Source: Chthoniobacterales bacterium
Lineage (GTDB): Bacteria > Verrucomicrobiota > Verrucomicrobiia > Chthoniobacterales > DASVRZ01
Length of the DNA: 64,000 nt
NCBI GenBank assembly: GCA_038230215.1
Contig: JBBRNR010000002.1
Coordinates: 324,788-388,787 of the forward strand
Direction: 5' to 3'
The notes under the pieces: model-generated
Databases searched by the model: none
Told to the model about the DNA's origin: nothing
The model's input: only the letters and a program-made list of their open reading frames with translations
Position numbers and translations under genes: made by a program
In this document: one piece after another, positions 1-8,612 of the stretch
Numbering within the stretch: position 1 is the stretch's first letter
Layout of the letters: each line of letters begins with the position of its first letter

Positions 1-335
1 CCGACGACAGCCATAAAAATCTCGAAGTCGCCGCCGATCCAGCAGTGAAACTCTATTTCCAAGGCTCGGCGCATTCCGATTTTCTGCTCATCAATGGCAA
101 GGCGACCATCTCCCGCGACAAAACGAAGATCAAAGAACTCTGGGAGCCAATTATCAAAACGTGGTTCACCGAGGGCGTGGACGATCCACGCATCACCGTT
201 ATCCAAGTTACACCGACGGAAGGCTACTACTGGGACACCAAGCACGGAAAAGCCGTCGCCGGGATCAAAATGCTCATCGGCGCGACGATCGGGAAGACGC
301 TCGATGATTCCATCGAGGGCCGACTTTCAGTCTAA
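1..335 (+). CDS. General stress protein 26 / pyridoxamine 5'-phosphate oxidase-like FMN-binding protein, C-terminal part (5' end outside window)
   Basis: The frame of tracked ORF 45..335 stays open back to nt 3 (..DDSHKNLEVAADPAVKLYFQG..). KIKELWEPIIKTWFTEGVDDPRITVIQVTPTEGYYWD matches the GSP26/PNPOx-like family pattern. Confidence 0.75.
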   Translation, partial: DDSHKNLEVAADPAVKLYFQGSAHSDFLLINGKATISRDKTKIKELWEPIIKTWFTEGVDDPRITVIQVTPTEGYYWDTKHGKAVAGIKMLIGATIGKTLDDSIEGRLSV

Positions 336-418
336 TCATAGCGGCATTTTTCGTGGGATGGTTCAGACTGGGTTCGCTGCGATTGACTTGTCTAATAAAA
401 CACGTCCTTCTAGGCGGT

Positions 419-958
419 ATGAAATTTCCCCTACTCTTCCTACTCGTCGCCTGCCTCCTCACCCGTGTCGCGCAATCACAAAGCGTGGCCAGCATTCCCT
501 TCATGAACATGGAGGGCAAAGCCACCTCTCTCGCCGACTTTAAGGGCCAGGCCTGGCTCGTCGTCAACGTCGCCTCGCGCTGCGGCAACACCCCGCAATA
601 CACCGGCCTCGAAAAACTCGCGAAAAAATACCAGTCACAGGGCCTCGTTATCCTCGGCTTCCCCTGTAACGACTTCGGCGGACAAGAACCCGGCAGCACG
701 AGCGAGATCCAGGAGTTTTGCAGCGTTAAATACGGCGTCACTTTTCCCATTCTCGACAAAATCCACGTCAAAGGATCGGACCAAGCTCCCCTCTATGCCG
801 CCCTCACTGGCTCCAGCGCGAAATTCCCCGGCGCTGTGAAATGGAACTTCGGTAAATTTCTCATTGGCAAGAACGGCGAAGTTCTCGCCCGCTTTGAGCC
901 GAAGGTGCAGCCCGAAGACCCCGCCGTCGTCACCGTCATCGAAGCCGCGTTAAAGTAA
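419..958 (+). CDS. gpx: Glutathione peroxidase (Cys-type) with signal-like N-terminus
   Basis: Motifs NVASRCGNTPQY, LVILGFPCNDFGGQEPG and WNFGKFLI. The internal Met at 419 gives MKFPLLFLLVACLL. The upstream part of ORF 353..958 is unlikely to be coding. Confidence 0.9.
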   Translation: MKFPLLFLLVACLLTRVAQSQSVASIPFMNMEGKATSLADFKGQAWLVVNVASRCGNTPQYTGLEKLAKKYQSQGLVILGFPCNDFGGQEPGSTSEIQEFCSVKYGVTFPILDKIHVKGSDQAPLYAALTGSSAKFPGAVKWNFGKFLIGKNGEVLARFEPKVQPEDPAVVTVIEAALK

Positions 959-1073
959 AAGAGACGGCCCGTCCATCAGGAATAGCACAGCGTTAGACGC
1001 GATTCGTCTGGGTCTCGGCACCTCGAAAACAGCGTCCAGTGGAGAATCTAAGAAGGCGTCGCTAAAGTCAGTT

Positions 1074-1145
1074 GTAGCGTCGAGCCTGTGACTCGATGGG
1101 CTGGGTGGCAGAGGGATTTCTTTCGAGTCATACGCTCGACGCTGC
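1074..1145. other. Long imperfect hairpin (about 20 bp stem, 26-nt loop) downstream of gpx
   Basis: 1076-1085 agcgtcgagc pairs with 1134-1143 gctcgacgct. 1089-1096 tgactcga pairs with 1123-1130 tcgagtca. There is one C/C mismatch between the two stem segments and no U-tract after the stem. Confidence 0.6.
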
Positions 1146-1242
1146 CAACCCATCCAGGATGCAAACGGTCCATGCACGACTTATGAGACGCCCTCTGAGA
1201 GTGCGGACAATGTAAACGTGGCGGCAGATGGATAAAATGAGA

Positions 1243-1503
1243 GGTCTGACCCGAATGGCACTAAGTTAAGGAGATCGCGGCTTCTGGGGAGTGCAGTGCC
1301 GCCGGCCTGCTGTTTTTGGCGGCTCGCCAAAAAATCGTTATTCATTGCGAAGCGCACTTTTACAGGGAGAAATGTGGCTGTCGCCAGTGGAGACGCTGTT
1401 TTAGGCGATCCGCCCAAAACAGCAACCGAGCCGGTTGCGCTCCCCAGAAACTCACCCCAATCGCCTTAAACCACGCTTAACTTAGTGCCATTCAGGTCTG
1501 ACC
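1243..1503. repeat. About 260-bp foldback element bounded by 28-bp inverted repeats, with nested hairpins
   Basis: 1243-1270 ggtctgacccgaatggcactaagttaag versus the reverse complement of 1476-1503 (26/28 match). The second tier is 1282-1295 ttctggggagtgca versus 1436-1449 tgcgctccccagaa. The inner hairpins are 1313-1334 and 1395-1423 (13-bp stem, one mismatch). Confidence 0.7.
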
Positions 1504-1510
1504 AATAAAC

Positions 1511-1721
1511 ATGGAAGTCAGATCATTAAAACTGAAAGTCAGAGCACTAAAACTCGATGGCAGATTGCTAAATATTGTCGGCAGCTCACTAAATATTAGC
1601 GTCACATTATTAAAACTTGATGGCGGATTGCTAAACTCGAATAGCAGATCGCTAAAACGGAACGGCAGAAGGCTAAAACCTTGCGTCTCCCTATTAAATA
1701 TGGGGCAGTTAGGCTCAATTT
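1511..1721 (+). repeat. Ten degenerate direct repeats of about 21 bp (core G-CAGA-NNN-CTAAAAC)
   Basis: Units start at 1511, 1534, 1556, 1577, 1598, 1619, 1639, 1659, 1681 and 1702, with lengths of 20-23 bp. Eight are clear copies and two are degenerate. They are contiguous with no spacers. Confidence 0.8.
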
Positions 1722-1928
1722 GGCCGTGATGATTGTAGGGTCGATTCTGTGAATCGATAGGCAGGACGGTCCAAAATTCGGCTTACCGAGCCAACTTTGT
1801 AACACAAATAAGCTACTACCAGATAGAGCCAGCAGGGGGTTGCAGTGAAGCGTCCATATTCTTAATCTCTTTCTCATAAAATTATTTCAGTGTTTTTAAA
1901 GTAGTACCTGTTCATTTCTCTCATTATC

Positions 1929-2726
1929 ATGCACCCTGCCCTCATGACTGATCCTGTTTCCACTAACGTCCCCGCTCCCGAGCCTAAAAAACGCAAGGCT
2001 CGGGGAGTGCTCAACACCCGATGGCTCAAGCAACTGACCTCCGATGAGGAAATCATTAAATCGACCATCGACGAAATGAGCGGCGACACCTTGTTGACAA
2101 CTGAACTCGCCCAGCATTGTATCGACCGCGACAATACGGTGCCGATTACCCCTGCGAGCCTCACCGTTCTTCTGAAGCAAGTGGCCGACGCCCGCAAGGA
2201 CGGGGCCAATACCACCACCAAACGGGCGGCACTGAAGAGCCTTACCGGGGGCGAAAAAACGGATACCAAGACGGCCGTCGCCGCCATTCGGAATGTGCAA
2301 ACCCGGGCCAAGGGCAAATATGAGGAAGCCGATCCGGCTCGCCTCTCCGCCTATTACGTCGGCAAACCGCTTAAAACCCGGCTGCAAATTACCCAGGCAG
2401 GTGCGGCGGTCTTTACGCTCCTGCGCACAAAGGACGATCAGGATCAACCAATCGCCCCGGAGGACGTTTTGCCGGGTTACGACCAGTTAAAAATCGATCA
2501 GTTGGAGATCGATCTGGGGAGTTACAGCGGAGTGCAGACGCGTCAAAGCGCCGCGCGCAAGACGGCGAGCGACGGGCGGCTGACGTTCGAGGAAAGTTGC
2601 GCCCAGGTGGGTCGTCGCCGTCGCAAACTGCAACTCGCCATCGACGCCGAGCGCCCTTTCACAAACCCGAACAACGCCCCACTCCGCACCCGCCTGGGTC
2701 TCCCCGCCAATGAACCCATCGCGTAA
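1929..2726 (+). CDS. Hypothetical protein (Ala/Thr/Lys-rich, basic N-terminus KKRKARG)
   Basis: 265-aa ORF with GC-rich third positions. Overlapping antisense ORFs look like shadows. I recognise no family motif. Confidence 0.55.
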   Translation: MHPALMTDPVSTNVPAPEPKKRKARGVLNTRWLKQLTSDEEIIKSTIDEMSGDTLLTTELAQHCIDRDNTVPITPASLTVLLKQVADARKDGANTTTKRAALKSLTGGEKTDTKTAVAAIRNVQTRAKGKYEEADPARLSAYYVGKPLKTRLQITQAGAAVFTLLRTKDDQDQPIAPEDVLPGYDQLKIDQLEIDLGSYSGVQTRQSAARKTASDGRLTFEESCAQVGRRRRKLQLAIDAERPFTNPNNAPLRTRLGLPANEPIA

Positions 2727-2847
2727 GGAGGGAAATCCACATTCCAATGCAACTCCAATGGAAAAAGACCATTTCCACCTGACAAGAACACCGCCCTACA
2801 TCTAAGTGATGCTAATCGCCTCCGTGCGTTAGGCGAATTTCGCGTTT

Positions 2848-3414
2848 ATGCAATTTGGAACTTTCATGAGGTCAGTGATGCGGGGGATCGGGATCACATT
2901 CCTTCTTCTTGCCTTATGGTATATCGCATACGGATTTTTAGTTCCCGCATTAGCTCCTGCGATTCCGCCTAGAAGACTGTTCATCCGTGGGTGCGTGCTC
3001 CTCTTTTTTAGCATCTGCTTGTTGCGTCGAGCACTCATTAGAGAGTTTCTCCATCCCAGTCGTTACGACATTTATTTAGCGACTATCGCAGTTCTCCTCT
3101 GGTCTTACATCTTATCGTGGGTTTACACTCCTTCATTCTGGGGGCGTGTTCTCCATCTTTGCTATTATCTGCATCTAAATAAGGCTACCACTAGGTCTCT
3201 GTTTGGCATCGGTTTTTTCTTCAGTTTCGCACTTGCCTCTTGTTTATGTCTCTTTCACGTCACTGTTTTAGTAGCTCCACCACTACGATTGCGTTTTCGT
3301 CCTTTGCTCCTTGGTCATACCGCAGCTTTCTTTTTGCTATTACTGTCCATCGGCATCGGAAGTCGCATCGCCAATCATCCTTTTCCGTATTTTTCTATAT
3401 CACATCACTCATGA
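2848..3414 (+). CDS. Hypothetical multi-pass membrane protein in an AT-richer patch
   Basis: 188-aa ORF with 5-6 hydrophobic segments. No recognisable family. Composition differs from the flanks by eye. Confidence 0.5.
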   Translation: MQFGTFMRSVMRGIGITFLLLALWYIAYGFLVPALAPAIPPRRLFIRGCVLLFFSICLLRRALIREFLHPSRYDIYLATIAVLLWSYILSWVYTPSFWGRVLHLCYYLHLNKATTRSLFGIGFFFSFALASCLCLFHVTVLVAPPLRLRFRPLLLGHTAAFFLLLLSIGIGSRIANHPFPYFSISHHS

Positions 3415-3507
3415 GCTTAAATCGCCTAGCCCTATGGAAGAGGGCATAGCTAGTTTGACGGGCCGCGACTCGTTTTCTGCCTAGCCGAGAAACCGAGTTT
3501 CACCAAC

Positions 3508-3822
3508 TCAGTCCGCCTTTTCCTCGGCTTCCTCGCCGAGTTTGACGATGTCGCCGTCTTTGAAGAGGATGCCTTGCAAGACTTCGCGCCAGAGCGGTTT
3601 CTTGCGCAGGAGAAATTCGAGGTCCATCCCGAAGTGCTTGAACTCCTCCTTCTGCGCATTGGCCATAATGGCTTTGGCGGTTTTGTCTTTTTCGAGTGAC
3701 ATCCGCTGTTCATACCAGCCAATCGCCTCGGCCTCCTCGGTGAGCGAGACTAACATGCGGGCAAAGGTGCGGGTTTCCTCGGATAACTCCGACGGCGGTT
3801 CGTGATATTGATCAAATCCCAT
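3508..3822 (-). CDS. Encapsulated-ferritin (EncFtn)-like ferritin-like protein
   Basis: EEAEAIGWYEQR ... NAQKEEFKHFGMDLEFLLRK parallels the EncFtn pattern EELEAVDWYDQR ... NRDEEKEHAAMTLEWLRR (Glu/Glu/His di-iron ligands). Start taken at Met 3822. The longer tracked ORF to 4119 overlaps the upstream gene. Confidence 0.75.
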   Translation of the reverse strand: MGFDQYHEPPSELSEETRTFARMLVSLTEEAEAIGWYEQRMSLEKDKTAKAIMANAQKEEFKHFGMDLEFLLRKKPLWREVLQGILFKDGDIVKLGEEAEEKAD

Positions 3823-3874
3823 AAATGAGGTAGCTGCCGATTGAGGTGGCGGTGAAGACGGGAACGGAGCGGAG

Positions 3875-4135
3875 TTAGACGGAAGTGGAGCCTGTCTCGC
3901 CGGTCTCGGAATCCTGAAAGAGGCTGGCGTGGTAGCCGCCGCGTTGAAGGGCTTCGATGATGGCGTCGTGGTGGATGGTGTCGGGGCGAAAGGAGACCCA
4001 GATGCCGCGCTCAATGAGGCGGACGCCTTCGACGCCGCGCAGTTTCTGGAGAATTTTGCCCGCTGCGGCTTCATCCTCGGCGGTGTTAAGGTTAGGAACG
4101 GCAAGGTCAAGTTCCTCAAATTCGTGTGTGCTCAT
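3875..4135 (-). CDS. Small HMA-like (ferredoxin-fold) protein lacking the CxxC metal site
   Basis: 86 aa. LAVPNLNTAEDEAAAGKILQKLRGVEGV...VSFRPD...IIEALQRGGY follows the beta-alpha-beta-beta-alpha-beta spacing of heavy-metal-associated domains but has no Cys. Third-position GC bias is good. Confidence 0.55.
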   Translation of the reverse strand: MSTHEFEELDLAVPNLNTAEDEAAAGKILQKLRGVEGVRLIERGIWVSFRPDTIHHDAIIEALQRGGYHASLFQDSETGETGSTSV

Positions 4136-4228
4136 GTTTTTAGGAAACGTTCTGTCTGGTGGCGGTGGTTTTGTCGGACTGGGAGGCGGGGTTAGTTTTC
4201 ATTCGAGTTCCAATCGACTGTGACGAAT

Positions 4229-5197
4229 TTATTTTCCAAGGGCGGCGCGAATCTCGGGGATGCGACCGGCGGAACCGAGTTTCTCGCCGCGGCTGACGAT
4301 GAATTTGCGGTATTCCTCGATGAAGATTTTGCCCGGCGGGCGGAAGTCGAACTCCTCGGGTTTGTCGCGAAAGAATTCGCGATGGACGCGGGTCCAAACC
4401 AATCGTCCGTCGGTATCGATGTTGACCTTGGTGACGCCGAGTTTGGCAGCGGGAAGGTATTCGTTTTCGTCCACTCCGACGGCGGAGGGATCGAGTTTGC
4501 CACCTGCGGCGTTAATGCGGCGGACTTCCTCGGCAGGAACGCAAGAGCTGCCGTGCATGACGATGGGAGTCGGCGGCAATCCGGCGGCAGCGACTTTGTC
4601 GCGGATGGCTTCGATGACGTTGAAGTGAAGAGATTGTTGTCCTTTGAATTTGTAGGCGCCGTGGCTGGTGCCGATGGCCGCGGCGAGCGAGTCGCAGCCG
4701 GAGCGCTGGATGAATTCAACGACTTCATCGGGGTTGGTGAGGCAGGCGTGGCCTTCGTCAACCACGATGTCTTCCTCGACGCCGCCGAGTTTACCGAGTT
4801 CTGCCTCGACGCTCAGACCCTTGGCGTGAGCGCGGTCCACGACGCGCTTGGTGATGGCGATATTTTCCTCAAAATCCTCGTGCGAGGCGTCGATCATGAC
4901 CGAGCTGTAGAAACCCGAGTCGATGCAGTCGTAACAGGTCGCCTCGTCGCCGTGATCGAGATGCACCGCGTAGATTGCCTCAGGAAAAATCTCCTCCGCC
5001 GCGCGGATGATGCCCTCGATCATGCGTTTATCGGTGTAATTGCGAGCGCCTTTGGAAAGCTGGATGATGAATGGCGCCTGGGACTCGACGCAGCCTTTGA
5101 AGAGGCCCATGGTTTGCTCAGCGTTGTTGATGTTGTAGGCGCCGATGGCGTATTTTCCGTAGGCGAGTTTGAAGAGTTCGGTGGTCGTGACGATCAT
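4229..5197 (-). CDS. fba: Fructose-bisphosphate aldolase, class II
   Basis: AIGAYNINN, HLDHG, ELGKLGG, TSHGAYKF and MHGSS motifs. Start chosen at MIVTTTELF (5197); the alternative is 5239. Confidence 0.93.
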   Translation of the reverse strand: MIVTTTELFKLAYGKYAIGAYNINNAEQTMGLFKGCVESQAPFIIQLSKGARNYTDKRMIEGIIRAAEEIFPEAIYAVHLDHGDEATCYDCIDSGFYSSVMIDASHEDFEENIAITKRVVDRAHAKGLSVEAELGKLGGVEEDIVVDEGHACLTNPDEVVEFIQRSGCDSLAAAIGTSHGAYKFKGQQSLHFNVIEAIRDKVAAAGLPPTPIVMHGSSCVPAEEVRRINAAGGKLDPSAVGVDENEYLPAAKLGVTKVNIDTDGRLVWTRVHREFFRDKPEEFDFRPPGKIFIEEYRKFIVSRGEKLGSAGRIPEIRAALGK

Positions 5198-5305
5198 GGC
5201 GGGAGTTTTATCGCCACCATCGTGGAGGGCAAGCCGCAATTCGCTTTCCGGCGCGATTCGCTTTTTGCCCGTGGAGTGCTTTATTCCCCGTCCTCATTGA
5301 AAACT

Positions 5306-6235
5306 ATGGAAAACGTCATCATCGTCGGGACCGGTTGCGCTGGTCTTACCGCCGCCATCTACACGGCTCGCGCCAATCTTTCGCCGCTCGTTCTTGAGGG
5401 AAAAGAACCCGGCGGCCAACTCACGACGACGACGCTAGTGGAGAATTTTCCTGGTTTCCCAGAGGGCATCGACGGCCCGCAACTCATCATGAACATGAAG
5501 GCGCAGGCGGGCAAATTTGGAGCCCGTTTTGAGTATTCTCTAGTCACGGAATTCGAGCCCAGCGACGGTCACGCCCGTCCGCATCGCGTGAAAGTCGATG
5601 ATGAATGGATGGAAACGAAAACGCTCATCATCGCCAGCGGTGCCTCCGCAAAATGGCTAGGACTTCCGGACGAAAGCAAGCTTGTCGGTCATGGTCTGAC
5701 TTCTTGCGCGACTTGCGACGGAGCCTTTTACCGCAATGTGCCGGTGGCTGTCATCGGCGGCGGGGATTCGGCGGCGGAAGAGGCGATTTTCCTGACGCGC
5801 TTCGCCTCGAAAGTCTATCTGGTGCATCGCCGCGACGCGTTGCGCGCCTCAAAAATCATGGCCGACCGCGTGCTTGCCAACGAAAAAGTCCAGCCCGTCT
5901 GGAACACCGTTCCCGTGGAATATCTCACCGACGAACAGGGCGAAATGCGGGCACTGAAAGTCCGCGACACTGTTACCCTCCTTGAGAGTGAATTGGAAGT
6001 CGCCTGTGTTTTCGTCGCCATCGGCCACAACCCAAACACGAAGCCCTTCCTCGGCAAATTGCCCACCGATGAAGCCGGTTATCTTCTGCAAACCAAGGGA
6101 ACCGCTACCGCCTTACCCGGTGTTTTCGCCGCGGGCGATGTGGCCGACACAGTTTACCGGCAAGCGATTACAGCGGCAGGGCAAGGCTGCGCGGCGGCCA
6201 TCGAAGTCGAGAAATTCCTCGCTGATCAGGAATAA
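5306..6235 (+). CDS. trxB: Thioredoxin-disulfide reductase
   Basis: GTGCAGLTAAIY (FAD), redox site CATCDG and GGGDSAAEEA (NADPH). Only the C-terminal 309 codons of tracked ORF 4220..6235 are coding. Confidence 0.95.
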   Translation: MENVIIVGTGCAGLTAAIYTARANLSPLVLEGKEPGGQLTTTTLVENFPGFPEGIDGPQLIMNMKAQAGKFGARFEYSLVTEFEPSDGHARPHRVKVDDEWMETKTLIIASGASAKWLGLPDESKLVGHGLTSCATCDGAFYRNVPVAVIGGGDSAAEEAIFLTRFASKVYLVHRRDALRASKIMADRVLANEKVQPVWNTVPVEYLTDEQGEMRALKVRDTVTLLESELEVACVFVAIGHNPNTKPFLGKLPTDEAGYLLQTKGTATALPGVFAAGDVADTVYRQAITAAGQGCAAAIEVEKFLADQE

Positions 6236-6248
6236 TGGCGTCGCTGAT

Positions 6249-7424
6249 TTGAAAATCTGCGACCTCACCCAGTTTTATTCGCCGGTCAGCGGCGGGGTGA
6301 AGCGTTACGTGCAGGAAAAAGTCGATTACCTGCGGCGCGAGCGACCTGACTGCGAGCATATTCTCATCATTCCCGGAGAAAAAACTGAGCGAATCGTCGA
6401 GCCCCAGCGGCGAATATACACGATCAAATCGCCGCTCATTTCAAGAACATCGCGTTATCGGATGCTCATTAACCTGGGGGAGATCGAGAATATTATTGAA
6501 CTCGAACGTCCCCACATTATCGAGTCTGGCGACCCTTACCAGGTCGCCTGGAAAGCGCTCGCCACTGGCACCGCGCTGCGCATTCCGGTGGTGGCATTCT
6601 ATCATTCCCACTTTCCCGAGGCGTATCTGCGCAGTGTGGAAAAATTTCTCGGCCGCACCGCCGGCGATGCGCTCATGGAAGCCGCGGAGCGCTATGTGAG
6701 GCATCTTTACAACAAATTCGCGCACACCCTGATCCCCTCCTCCGGTTTGAAACAATTGCTAGTCGATTGGGGCGTGACCAATACCGCACTGGTTGAGCTA
6801 GGAGTAAATACGAGCGTCTTCCGTCCGGGTCCACGGCAGCCGGGTTTTCGCGAGAAACATCAGATTCCCACTGAGGCAAAACTGCTCCTCTACGTCGGTC
6901 GTCTGGCTCCGGAGAAGAACGTGAAAACACTTTTTTCTGCCTTCGAGATTCTTACCAAAGAACAACCTAACACCTATCATTTACTCGTTCTTGGCGACGG
7001 CACGACGCGCGATAGTTTGCAGCGACTCTCCACGGTAACGAAGGCCGTCACATGGCTGCCGTATTGCGGCGAATCGGAAGATCTGGCGAAGATATACCGT
7101 GAGACCGACCTCTTTGTTCATCCCGGTGTGTTGGAAACCTTCGGACTCGTCACACTGGAAAGTCAATCCTGCGGAACTCCCGTCGTCGGTATTCGCGGCA
7201 GCTACATGGACCGGATTATTTTCTCCAATCAACGTCATTGGGCCGAGGAAAATTCCCCCGAAAGTCTCGCCGCTGCAATCACTCAAACCTGCCGCGAAGA
7301 CTTGCGCGAGATTGGCGCACTCGCCTCGCAGCAAGTCCGGGCCAGATACGATTGGAACTCCGTTTTCCAGAAGCTGCTCAGCATTTACCATTCGTCCATT
7401 GCCCAACCGGGCTTCGTTCGCTAG
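6249..7424 (+). CDS. Glycosyltransferase family 4
   Basis: MKICDLTQFYSPVSGGVKRYV N-terminus and the EXFGLVXLE-type motif ETFGLVTLESQSCGTPVV. There is no in-frame ATG after the trxB stop, so a TTG start at 6249 is inferred. Confidence 0.8.
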   Translation: MKICDLTQFYSPVSGGVKRYVQEKVDYLRRERPDCEHILIIPGEKTERIVEPQRRIYTIKSPLISRTSRYRMLINLGEIENIIELERPHIIESGDPYQVAWKALATGTALRIPVVAFYHSHFPEAYLRSVEKFLGRTAGDALMEAAERYVRHLYNKFAHTLIPSSGLKQLLVDWGVTNTALVELGVNTSVFRPGPRQPGFREKHQIPTEAKLLLYVGRLAPEKNVKTLFSAFEILTKEQPNTYHLLVLGDGTTRDSLQRLSTVTKAVTWLPYCGESEDLAKIYRETDLFVHPGVLETFGLVTLESQSCGTPVVGIRGSYMDRIIFSNQRHWAEENSPESLAAAITQTCREDLREIGALASQQVRARYDWNSVFQKLLSIYHSSIAQPGFVR

Positions 7425-7437
7425 ATTGATTTTCTCC

Positions 7438-8121
7438 ATGTTAGATGACCGCCAGTTTTTGATTCGTCCTTATCAATCTTCCGACCGCAGCGAGGTGCGC
7501 CGTCTATGTTGCGAAACAGGTTTTCTGGGCAATCCGATTGACCCTATTTTCGAGGACCGCGAGCTGTTCGCCGATTACCTCACGCAGTACTATCTCGACC
7601 ACGAGCCCGAGTCGTCATTCGTCATTCTGGTCGATGGCGAGTTAAAGGGCTATCTGCTCGGTTCGCGTCAACCGAGGCACCAACAGTTTCACAGCTTTTT
7701 TCAGAACCTCAGCCTCGTCACGCGCGGGCTACTGCGTTATCCGCGTTACAGCGCGACTTCAAAAAAATTCGTGCATTGGATTCTCTGCAACGGCTGGCGC
7801 GAAGTACCTGCCGCGCCTAGAAACATTCCACACTTCCATATCAATCTTCTGGCCGAGGCTCGCAGTGTTCCCACAACTCGCGCGCTAATGGATGCCTATC
7901 TAAGCTATCTAACCAAATGCGGTGAGAAACAAGTCTATGGACAAATGACCACTTTCCACAACCGGCGCGGCACGAAGATGTTTGAGCGCTACGGTTTTAA
8001 GGTTATCAATCGCGCGGAGATCACAAAGTATCGCGACCTCCATCCAGAGCCGGTCTACCTCAGCACAGTACTAAAAGACTTGACCGAGAACAGCCAACTC
8101 TACGGGGGACGACTTGGTTAG
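7438..8121 (+). CDS. GNAT-family N-acetyltransferase-like protein
   Basis: IRPYQSSDRSEVRRL, ILVDGELKGYLLG and the C-terminal RRGTKMFERYGF are typical GNAT features. The start is the ATG at 7438 within tracked ORF 7099..8121. Confidence 0.7.
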   Translation: MLDDRQFLIRPYQSSDRSEVRRLCCETGFLGNPIDPIFEDRELFADYLTQYYLDHEPESSFVILVDGELKGYLLGSRQPRHQQFHSFFQNLSLVTRGLLRYPRYSATSKKFVHWILCNGWREVPAAPRNIPHFHINLLAEARSVPTTRALMDAYLSYLTKCGEKQVYGQMTTFHNRRGTKMFERYGFKVINRAEITKYRDLHPEPVYLSTVLKDLTENSQLYGGRLG

Positions 8122-8132
8122 TAACTAGCTAA

Positions 8133-8612
8133 TCACTTGCGACTGATCGGGATTTTTCCGATCAGGGCTTTGTATTGCACTGTAACGAGGCCGTCCTCGA
8201 TGTTGGTGATGAGAAGTTTCACAGTACCTGTCGTAGTACTCAAGGTTAGGAACTGGCCGCGCGTGTAGTCCTTGCCATTGATCACCGCAATGCTAGGAGT
8301 ATCCAGAATAATGGAAGTCACCTTGTACTGCTCGATAGGAATGCGGAGGAGTTGCTCCTCGTTTACAGCTGCCTTCGCCCGCGGTGTGAAACCGATGGGC
8401 CAGAATGGGTTGCGGCCTTTTTCAGGAGGTGCAAACGTGGATTGGGTATGGGCGTGGTATTGGCTGACTAATGGAGTCACTGCAGATGTAGCAACGGGAA
8501 AGACTGGAGCGGGTTCTGAAGCCACCGGTGCCAGCTTTGGCCTAGGCACTTCTTGAGACATGGCCACAGTCACCCAAGCCAGCAAGCAGATAGTGGGGAA
8601 AGTGGTTTTCAT
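8133..8612 (-). CDS. PilP-like pilus assembly lipoprotein/secreted protein
   Basis: Signal peptide, RNPFWP motif and a C-terminal beta-rich domain. It is the last gene of the pilMNO-like operon, with a 4-nt overlap with the upstream gene. Confidence 0.5.
   Translation of the reverse strand: MKTTFPTICLLAWVTVAMSQEVPRPKLAPVASEPAPVFPVATSAVTPLVSQYHAHTQSTFAPPEKGRNPFWPIGFTPRAKAAVNEEQLLRIPIEQYKVTSIILDTPSIAVINGKDYTRGQFLTLSTTTGTVKLLITNIEDGLVTVQYKALIGKIPISRK

Noticed and set aside
1511-1721. Possible CRISPR array
   Set aside because: The repeats are contiguous with no unique spacers, units are only about 21 bp and degenerate, and no cas genes are present.
1511-1729. 72-aa ORF with a striking heptad pattern (SLKLKVR ALKLDGR LLNIVGS ...)
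   Set aside because: The heptads are the automatic consequence of a 21-bp DNA repeat read in frame. I see no RBS or gene context and the repeats are degenerate at all codon positions. It is kept as a DNA/RNA repeat, though coding cannot be fully excluded.
3823-4119. N-terminal Pro/Ala/Ser-rich 99-aa extension of the EncFtn-like ORF (tracked as 3508..4119)
   Set aside because: It overlaps the better-supported HMA-like gene in another frame. The EncFtn family core begins near the internal Met at 3822.
4220-6235. 671-aa + strand ORF
   Set aside because: The first ~360 codons are antisense to class II fba and look like GC-rich shadow sequence (Asp/Gly/Ala/Val-rich). Only 5306..6235 (trxB) is a real gene.
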